Assembly: GCF_001412615.1 (NCBI RefSeq)
Contig: NZ_CP013011.1
Coordinates: forward strand, 240,001 to 272,000
DNA: 32,000 nt
From: Pyrodictium delaneyi
GTDB lineage: Archaea; Thermoproteota; Thermoprotei_A; Sulfolobales; Pyrodictiaceae
Direction: 5' to 3'
A program made the translations under genes and the position numbers. This document shows positions 25,715 to 32,000 of the stretch, piece after piece. The first letter of the stretch is position 1; each line of letters starts with the position of its first letter. Below the pieces are notes generated by a model. The model worked only from the letters and a program-made list of their open reading frames with translations, was not told where the DNA came from and made no database searches.

Positions 25715-26212
25715 GTGGAGGAGGCACGGGAGGTATTCAACAACCTTGTAGAAAAGACGCTAGAGGCGCTCATGCTCCTAGAACGTATTACCGGTATGTC
25801 TATCTCGCGCGAGAAGCTTAACCGTGCTATCTATAGTGCAGTTAACGTGATATTGCATGAACTTAGCCATGCTTCGATACAAACGGTTTATCCGGAGTTA
25901 GACTCTATTCGGGAGATAGATGAGTATCTTGTCCTCTGCATAGAGGAGGTCGGTGCAAGGCTATTGGAGGTCTACGTGGCGGCAAGGATAGGCCTACCTG
26001 CCCAGAGCTTCGAAGAACACGCTAACGAGCTAAGCTGGTTCCCCGTCTTTCGGGGCAGGATAAACTCGCGGCTTCTCGAAAAGCTCTACAATGAGATGAC
26101 GGAGGCCATACGGAGGAACATGTTTCGCGACTTTGTGACAGGAGAATTGCGTGACACTTGCCGCCGCATAACAATGTCGTTGGGAGGGCCACGCATAGCC
26201 GGTATACGATAG
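25715..26212 (+). CDS. Hypothetical cytoplasmic protein with HExxH motif (possible small zinc metallopeptidase)
   Basis: 165-aa ORF with a GTG start. 'NVILHELSHASI' contains HExxH and a downstream 'CIEEVGARLLE' could supply a third ligand. No family recognised. Confidence 0.4.
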   Translation: MEEAREVFNNLVEKTLEALMLLERITGMSISREKLNRAIYSAVNVILHELSHASIQTVYPELDSIREIDEYLVLCIEEVGARLLEVYVAARIGLPAQSFEEHANELSWFPVFRGRINSRLLEKLYNEMTEAIRRNMFRDFVTGELRDTCRRITMSLGGPRIAGIR

Positions 26213-26523
26213 TGAAAACTCAGGACTAATCCCGTTTACAGTAGCCACGAGCCCTAGTCTAAGACAATAACAGCAACTGCTAGTATATTTGTGGAACAAG
26301 GGGTTAAGTAGCTAGCTATATTACGGTATTGTATTCCTCCGTTTCTCGAGTAGGTGCACGTTAAGGGCTCGGCCTCACCTTGCGACACCCATACCGTCTG
26401 CCGACGGATACGTCATGTCGGGTCTAGCAGGATTCTTAAGCTAGGCTGAGAAGTACAGACTACATCTCTTCTTCCGATACTTTTCACGCTAAAGGGGTTC
26501 TAACCCCATGCATGGGAACCGGG

Positions 26524-26529
26524 TATAAA
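26524..26529 (+). promoter_or_regulatory. Candidate TATA box for prs
   Basis: TATAAA lies 42 nt upstream of the GTG at 26571. Confidence 0.4.
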
Positions 26530-26570
26530 TCGCCAGAGTAGTGTTAGCTGCTGCACTCCTGGGGAGCGTT

Positions 26571-27509
26571 GTGCACCGCTACGTAGTCGTCGCTGCGCCC
26601 GGTCTCCCGAGAAGCCTAGCTGAGGGCCTCGCAGAGAGCCTTGGAGCTGAGCTAGTCTGGGCTGAGCATAAGCTGTTCCCCGACGGCGAGAGCTATGTGA
26701 GGATATCCGCTGGCCTGGAAGCAGCTACAGCCATTATTGCATCGACAGGATACCCGGAGCCTACGCGCCGGCTCTGGGAGGCAGCACTTCTAGCCGAGGC
26801 CGCTCGGGGCCTGGGCGCGAGCCACGTGGTAGCATTCATGGGCTACCTCCCGTATAGCCGGCAGGACCGCCGCTTTATCCGCGGCGAGCCGATCAGCGTG
26901 CGGACTGTACTCTCGCTACTAGCCTCCAGCGGCGCCGAGGCAGTAGCCACAGTTGACGTCCACAAACCTACTAGCCTCACCTGGTTCCCAGGGCCCGTAG
27001 CCAACGTGGACCCGAGCCCTGCTTTTGCGGAGAAGCTCCGCCCACTACTAGAGGCTGCCGAGAAGGTTTACGTGATAGCCCCCGACCGTGGCGCACTACC
27101 ACGTGCCCACCGGCTAGCCGAGAGGCTTGGCGCCGCGTTCGACTATCTGGAGAAGCGCCGGGACCGTGTCACCGGCGAGATAACAGTGAAGCCTAAGACG
27201 CTAGACGTTAGGGGCGCGGCAGTGGTGCTGATAGACGATATAGTGAGCACTGGAGGCACGATGGCTAGGGCCGCATCTATGCTTCTCGAGCAAGGCGCCG
27301 AGACGGTGGTAGCAGCTTGTACTCACGGCTTATTCGTTGGCAATGCTATCGAGAAGCTCCGCCGCGCCGGGGTCTCCAAGATACTAGCCGCAAACACTGT
27401 GGAGCCCTCTGAGGGCGTAGAGACCGTGGATGTTAGCCGTCAAGTGGCGGAGGCAATAGACCAGCTCCTAGAGACCCTGGCAGGCTATGAGCAGGAGAAG
27501 CCAGCATAG
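26571..27509 (+). CDS. prs: Ribose-phosphate pyrophosphokinase (PRPP synthase)
   Basis: 'FPDGESYVRI', 'MGYLPYSRQDRRF', 'VDVHK', 'VIAPDRGA', 'VLIDDIVSTGGTM' and 'ACTHGLF' are canonical Prs blocks. The track start at 26541 lies only 12 nt after a TATAAA box (26524-26529). The GTG at 26571 with GGGGAG upstream fits better. Confidence 0.9.
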   Translation: MHRYVVVAAPGLPRSLAEGLAESLGAELVWAEHKLFPDGESYVRISAGLEAATAIIASTGYPEPTRRLWEAALLAEAARGLGASHVVAFMGYLPYSRQDRRFIRGEPISVRTVLSLLASSGAEAVATVDVHKPTSLTWFPGPVANVDPSPAFAEKLRPLLEAAEKVYVIAPDRGALPRAHRLAERLGAAFDYLEKRRDRVTGEITVKPKTLDVRGAAVVLIDDIVSTGGTMARAASMLLEQGAETVVAACTHGLFVGNAIEKLRRAGVSKILAANTVEPSEGVETVDVSRQVAEAIDQLLETLAGYEQEKPA

Positions 27510-27784
27510 CTAGTGGGAATCATAGTAGACAAGTATGGAGAAGGTGAGTGCCCGCGGCCTCTAGCGCCGGGCCCGGGGTCACAGCCCGCCAGAGGCGGCG
27601 GCCTCGCCCCCGGGTGTCGGCCGAGGCGCCGTGCCTTCTCCAGGTCTACCCGGGGCTTACTTGGATAACGCCCGGGAGCGCCAGCGGAGGCTAGAGGGGC
27701 GCGCTCAGCCGTGTACCGTGCGATGCCATCCGGGCGTTTCTTTAATGGGGGTAAACGTTCTGCTGGGCCAGTCTCCTGACCCTC

Positions 27785-28333
27785 CTAGGCTAGTTCGAGG
27801 ATGCTCCGGGCTGTCAGCTTCTGGCTCGCCGGGGCCTTGGCGCAGAGGCTCCAGTGTATTGTGTAGAGCGTATAGCTAGCCCTTTCGAGAAGCACTGAGA
27901 GGAGCTGAGCCATGTCGCGGGGGATTACTCCCTCGCTGTGGGCGCGTGCTACTAGCCTGTCGCCAGCCCGGAGCCTGGTCATCGCTAGGACTATGTCTGG
28001 GTCTTCGGGTGTGCAGCCTGTTAGGCTCCAGCCGCTGGGCTGCTCGAGCCCCTCCCCAGCCTCCTCTATGAAGCGTAGCGGCTCTCTAGGGTCTACGGAG
28101 CCTGCGAGGACTCCTGGGAGGAGTCTTACTGCACGCTGTAGCTTGTAGAGCCGCTCGGCTAGCCCGGGGTCGCGGGGCTCCAGCTGTACCCGTGCCCTGG
28201 CTATCAGCGCCTCGGCCTCCTCGAGGACACCGTAGAACTCTATAACGGGGCTGTGCTTCGGCAGCCTTACCAGCCGGCCCGCTATCAGCGCCTCTGTCTC
28301 TAGGCCGATGCAGCTGCCGCCGGCACTCGGCAC
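27785..28333 (-). CDS. PduO-type ATP:cob(I)alamin (corrinoid) adenosyltransferase
   Basis: 'GLETEALIAGRLVRLPKHSPVIEFYGVLEEAEALIARARV' follows the PduO N-terminal pattern (G.ET.l..G.rv.K.s..ie.yG.lDE..a.iG.a). Size is ~180 aa. GTG start. Confidence 0.55.
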   Translation of the reverse strand: MPSAGGSCIGLETEALIAGRLVRLPKHSPVIEFYGVLEEAEALIARARVQLEPRDPGLAERLYKLQRAVRLLPGVLAGSVDPREPLRFIEEAGEGLEQPSGWSLTGCTPEDPDIVLAMTRLRAGDRLVARAHSEGVIPRDMAQLLSVLLERASYTLYTIHWSLCAKAPASQKLTARSILELA

Positions 28334-28414
28334 AGGAGAGCCCCGTGTAGTAACACCCTATAAACAGGGTATTTATCGGCATCTATGTGGCCGATTCTCC
28401 GGCTCCATTACGGG

Positions 28415-29101
28415 CTAGGCTGGTAGTATTCCAGCCTGGTGGGCTGTGAGGAGTATAGCTAGACTTACTGCAGGCACACTAATATTATCATCTATAAGAC
28501 CACTCTTCTCAGCTAATGCTGCTGCTAGGGCTGCCAGGCCGCCAGCTGCCCCGAACACTATTAGGCCGACTGGTAGGCTTACTGCTAGGAAGCCTACTGT
28601 GCCGTCCCAGCTCTTGACGCGGCGGCGCTGCCTTATCCCCCTTATTATCCCGGTTACGCCGTCGCCAAAGCTCATGAGGAAGAGCGGGAATACTGCTATC
28701 CTAACGTCAAAGGGCCAGGCTAGGAAGGCGGCCAGGCCCCAGCTTACACAGTAGTAGACCTCGCTAATATTGCTGGGATCCTGGAACCAGGTCATAAGGC
28801 GGCCCATGCGGCGAGGGATGTAAACATAGGCGGCGAGTATGAGACCGAGGATGAGAGGCGTCCAAGGCTCCCTGAAGAGGAAGGGCACTAGGAGTGCTAC
28901 GAATCCGCCGGCAGCCATGTGTATGACTTTGCGTGCGAAGTATACCCCTACGCCTTCGCCCCAGCGGCTACGCGCCCAGAGGTAGCTCCACCGCGACAGT
29001 CCGTGGACTACGAAGAGAACCCATGCTGCAAGGGGTAGGGCCCTCAAGAGGTCCTGGAGCACTAGCTGGGGGCTTACTAGGTAGGTATCGAGTATAGGCA
29101 A
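28415..29101 (-). CDS. Polyprenol/dolichol kinase-family integral membrane protein
   Basis: ~7 TM helices. 'ARKVIHMAAGG' (RK..H...G) and 'SFGDGVTGIIRG' (GDxxAxxxG-like) are the two signature blocks of dolichol/phytol kinase-type CTP-dependent kinases. TTG start is uncertain (alternative GTG at 29062). Confidence 0.55.
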   Translation of the reverse strand: MPILDTYLVSPQLVLQDLLRALPLAAWVLFVVHGLSRWSYLWARSRWGEGVGVYFARKVIHMAAGGFVALLVPFLFREPWTPLILGLILAAYVYIPRRMGRLMTWFQDPSNISEVYYCVSWGLAAFLAWPFDVRIAVFPLFLMSFGDGVTGIIRGIRQRRRVKSWDGTVGFLAVSLPVGLIVFGAAGGLAALAAALAEKSGLIDDNISVPAVSLAILLTAHQAGILPA

Positions 29102-29303
29102 GTCTGCTCAAGCCTCCGGCTCTCTCGTCACCGGATGGGAGAGGCTTGTGCCGGAGGGTTATAGCTGGTACTCTTCGACGTTAGCCGTTGGCTCTAAGCC
29201 CATTGTTCTAGCACTATCTACAATGTGGGAGAGTGTTGATACGTGTTAGATCGAGGGTTCTCAGCCCGGCCTCCAGGCCAACTAATATAACCGTGGGAGC
29301 CTC

Positions 29304-31415
29304 GTGGGCTGTACGCCGGGGCCCACTGCATTGCCAGCGAGCATAAGGTTAGTAGCGGGTTATAAGCCGCCCGTGGGCGGCGGCCGTACACCAGAGTTTT
29401 GGAGCCGCGACCGCATAGCAGCGATAAGATATGCTGCAGAGCACGGTATGGAGAAGACTATCCTCAGCAAGCCAAAGGCTCGCGGGAGGCTTCTCGACCG
29501 CCTTGCTATACGCGACTTAGACCCCCGCGAGCTCCGGGAACTCGCTCAGAAGCTTGGCCCGGAGGGCATCGACCGGCTAGACGTTGACGCGGGCGTAGAC
29601 TTCGCGGACGTACATTTACGCGTCCCAGTCTACCTGGGCGACATGAGTTTCGGAGCGCTCTCCGGCCGCCCCAATATAGCGCTAGCGAGAGCCGCCGACA
29701 TAGCTGGCGCAGTAGTGGGTGTAGGCGAGGGCGGCCTCCACCCCGAGGTGGCACGGTGCAGGAACATCGTCATACAGTGGGCTAGCGGCCGCTTCGGGAT
29801 AGACAGGTACATGCTCCGTCGCGGCCTCGCAGTCAACATCAAGATAGGACAGGGCGCGAAGCCTGGCATAGGCGGGCACCTCCCAGCCCGTAAGGTCGTA
29901 GGCGAAATAGCTAAGCTGCGTAAGCTCCCACCAGGTAGTGAAGCCCTAAGCCCCGCACCCCACCACGATATCTACAGCATAGAAGACCTAGCACAAAGGG
30001 TGAAGATGCTCCGCGAGCTCACAGGCCGCCCAGTTCTCGTCAAGACTGCTGCTACTAACCAGGTCGGCTTTGTGACCCTTGGCACAGCACGCGCCACAGC
30101 CATGGGGATAATCATCGACGGTGCTGGCGCAGGCACCGGGGCTACACCGCGGATCGTCCGCGACCATGTGGGCATGCCCGTGGACTACGCTGTACCTGTC
30201 GCCGACCGGCTGCTCCGGGAGAACGGGCTCAGAGACGGCTTCCTAGTGATAGGCGGCGGCATGATATCCAGTGGTGAGGATATAGCCAAACTGATCCTGC
30301 TCGGCGCTAACATGGCTAACATAGCGACTGCGGCACTCATAGCTATGGGGTGCATCATGTGTCATATATGCAATACTGGCAACTGTCCTGCAGCGTTAAC
30401 GAACAGTATTGACAGTGCGTTCAAGATCGACATAGACTGGGCCGTTGCAAGGGTCGTGAACTGGCTACGCGCAGTCGAGAGAACACTGAAGCTGATAACC
30501 TACGCACTCGGCGAGGACAGCCTACAGAAGCTCGTAGGCCGCCGCGGCCTACTAGAGCTCTACAACGCCGACGAGTACGTGGCCAAGGTCGTCGGCGTAG
30601 AGCTGGCCGAGCCTGGGCAGATAGCCTGGTATGGTGACCCAGGCGAGGAGCCGCTGCCACGCGAGGTCTACATGGAGGCTAAGACCCCGGTTCTAGGCAT
30701 GGGCGGCTACGTGCCGGGCTACACGACGCCCGCCGAGAGGCCGCTAGACCTCCTCCGGGTAGAGGCGGCGCAGGTGACCCGGCCCAGTGTAGACCCGTAT
30801 CGCGAGGAGATAGACCTCACAGTAAGGCTCCCCGACGGCACGGTATACGAGGCGCCGATAGCGGTCCCATGCCTGGAGGAGCCCCTTGTGGAGGCCGCGG
30901 AGGGGCTCGGCTACCCGCTAGAGTGCGAGCTGATGGAGAGGCCGTACGCGATAGCTCTGCCGCCGGGCCTAGAGCCTCCACCCGGCACTACGTTGGTTAT
31001 AGTCGACGAGGAGCTACGGGGTCGCGGCGGCCGCTCCAAGCCATGGCTAGAGGAGTGGATAGTCTGGCTAGACGACGAAATGTGGAGCAGTGGGATACGG
31101 AGCGACGTAGCCCTCGTGGCGGCAGGCGACCTCCGGAGCGCTGCCGACGTCTACAAACTGCTAGCCCTAGGCGCTGACCTGGTCACGCTCCGCCGGCCTC
31201 TACGCTGGCTGAGCAAGAAGATAGCCGGGTGGCCCGCTGAGAGGAGGAGAGAAGCGTACGAGAACACACTGATAGCAGTCACCTGGGAGCTGAAACTCCT
31301 GATGGGTGCCGGCGGTTTGACTAGCTACCAGAGCCTCCAGGGTAACCGGTGGCTCCTCCGCAGCCTCGACGGCGAGGTCGCCCAGCGGCTCCGCGTATCA
31401 GTGGCAGGCGAGTAG
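29304..31415 (+). CDS. Archaeal-type glutamate synthase FMN-binding (GltB domain 2-like) subunit with ~240-aa C-terminal extension
   Basis: 'GDMSFGALSGRPNIALARAA', 'NIKIGQGAKPGIGGHLPARKV', 'SPAPHHDIYSIEDL', 'IIIDGAGAGTGATP', 'GGGMISSGEDIAKLILLGANMANIATAAL' and Cys cluster 'CIMCHICNTGNCP'. GTG start. Confidence 0.85.
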   Translation: MGCTPGPTALPASIRLVAGYKPPVGGGRTPEFWSRDRIAAIRYAAEHGMEKTILSKPKARGRLLDRLAIRDLDPRELRELAQKLGPEGIDRLDVDAGVDFADVHLRVPVYLGDMSFGALSGRPNIALARAADIAGAVVGVGEGGLHPEVARCRNIVIQWASGRFGIDRYMLRRGLAVNIKIGQGAKPGIGGHLPARKVVGEIAKLRKLPPGSEALSPAPHHDIYSIEDLAQRVKMLRELTGRPVLVKTAATNQVGFVTLGTARATAMGIIIDGAGAGTGATPRIVRDHVGMPVDYAVPVADRLLRENGLRDGFLVIGGGMISSGEDIAKLILLGANMANIATAALIAMGCIMCHICNTGNCPAALTNSIDSAFKIDIDWAVARVVNWLRAVERTLKLITYALGEDSLQKLVGRRGLLELYNADEYVAKVVGVELAEPGQIAWYGDPGEEPLPREVYMEAKTPVLGMGGYVPGYTTPAERPLDLLRVEAAQVTRPSVDPYREEIDLTVRLPDGTVYEAPIAVPCLEEPLVEAAEGLGYPLECELMERPYAIALPPGLEPPPGTTLVIVDEELRGRGGRSKPWLEEWIVWLDDEMWSSGIRSDVALVAAGDLRSAADVYKLLALGADLVTLRRPLRWLSKKIAGWPAERRREAYENTLIAVTWELKLLMGAGGLTSYQSLQGNRWLLRSLDGEVAQRLRVSVAGE

Positions 31416-31656
31416 CCCCAGGGCTACGCCCGTACGGCGAGGGCACGGCCCTGGTGCAGATGCGCTCCCCGCCATCCCCGAGCCTCTTTATAACCCTGCC
31501 CGGCTAGTCTAGGCCCCCTAGGCTCCCACCAGGGGCACAACTTAGCAGATTACCCTTGCCGCATTGCATGCCCAGGGCTCCCTCGGTGCGGGCAGCAGTC
31601 CCTGGGCGTGAAAAACACTCATAGGGTAGAGCTAGCGCATGAGGTGAGTGTAGGCC

Positions 31657-32000
31657 GTGTGCGGTATAGCTGGGGTAGTCAGCCTTGACGGTAGCCAGGT
31701 AGAATCTAGGCTCGTCATCGAGGCACTCGAGGCTATGAGAGAGCGTGGCACAGAGCACGGCGCTGGTTACGCCGCCTATAGTCCAGAGCCCCGCGGTTTG
31801 GTGCGTGCTAGGGTGTTTACCCGGATAGGCCTCGACGAGCCCGTAGCTGACGAGCTGCTGGGCAGTCTTACCGAGAAAGGGCCCCGCAGGATAGCAGAGC
31901 TGGGGCACGGGATAGCTGTCGACGAGAGGCTTCTCCTCGACTACCCGCCCGCCAGCGTTGTCGGTAGACTCTGGCTGCTACAGGCGGCCCGGTTCCTCGA
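31657..32000 (+). CDS. Class-II (Ntn) glutamine amidotransferase, probable glutamate synthase amidotransferase subunit (5' part; continues beyond window)
   Basis: Absent from the ORF track (edge-truncated). My translation from GTG 31657 reads (M)CGIAGVVSLDGSQVESRLVIEALEAMRERGTEHGAGYAAY... The Met-Cys-Gly-Ile N-terminus is the hallmark of Ntn amidotransferases. GAGGTGAG lies 9-16 nt upstream. Confidence 0.7.
   Translation, partial: MCGIAGVVSLDGSQVESRLVIEALEAMRERGTEHGAGYAAYSPEPRGLVRARVFTRIGLDEPVADELLGSLTEKGPRRIAELGHGIAVDERLLLDYPPASVVGRLWLLQAARFL

Noticed and set aside
27510-27784. Idea that the GC-rich spacer is SRP (7S) RNA or RNase P RNA
   Set aside because: I could not find the conserved SRP helix-8 GGAA/AGCA-type elements or the RNase P GAGGAAAGUCC-type block on either strand, and it is shorter than either RNA. 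I kept it only as an unclassified candidate.
27631-28382. ORFs 27631-27879 (+), 27912-28148 (+) and 28086-28382 (-)
   Set aside because: They overlap the adenosyltransferase gene or the GC-rich spacer. The sequences are Pro/Arg/Ser/Gly-rich nonsense-like and lack start context.
31504-31908. 134-aa minus-strand ORF
   Set aside because: The plus strand here encodes a protein beginning (M)CGIAGV, a textbook Ntn amidotransferase start with a ribosome-binding site. The minus ORF has no features.
1-32000. Scan for CRISPR arrays, tRNA/rRNA genes, transposases or integrases, and long DNA-level direct or inverted repeats
   Set aside because: None recognised by eye. The repeats I see are protein-level (FG-GAP blades, the cytochrome module duplication, octahaem paralogs). 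A computational repeat or tRNA scan could still find short elements I missed.

Overview
This looks like an archaeal chromosome segment. Evidence: A/T boxes 33-36 nt upstream of starts, GGTG-type ribosome-binding sites, many GTG/TTG starts, AGG/AGA/ATA-rich codons, a gamma-delta-alpha-beta 2-oxoacid:ferredoxin oxidoreductase operon, and a split archaeal-type glutamate synthase. A hyperthermophilic crenarchaeon (Desulfurococcales/Pyrodictiaceae-like) fits best, but that organism call is inference only. The GC-rich flanks carry ordinary housekeeping genes: an APC permease, DUF1611 protein, NifX-like protein, amidohydrolase, OFOR operon, SIS protein, NadA, Prs, corrinoid adenosyltransferase, polyprenol kinase and glutamate synthase parts. 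The stand-out is a largely AT-richer ~12.7 kb block (2274-14953) of eleven genes in about five transcription units. It encodes five c-type multihaem cytochromes. Three are paralogous membrane-anchored octahaem NapC/NirT-type proteins. Two are secreted, C-terminally anchored cytochromes that share a conserved non-canonical CxCH signature. With them are an eight-repeat FG-GAP beta-propeller, an ATPase-less Lon-type serine protease with a helical domain, a ~650-aa glycoprotein-like surface protein and an ~11-helix membrane protein. I count 32 CxxCH sites and see no terminal reductase. I read this as a candidate, poorly described archaeal extracellular electron-transfer or surface-cytochrome system. 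A second small AT-rich cassette (22492-24089) encodes a DUF4405-like membrane protein and two anchored secreted proteins, next to a Met/His-rich membrane protein and a winged-helix regulator. I recognised no rRNA, tRNA, CRISPR array or transposase. All family calls come from motif recognition by eye, not from database searches.
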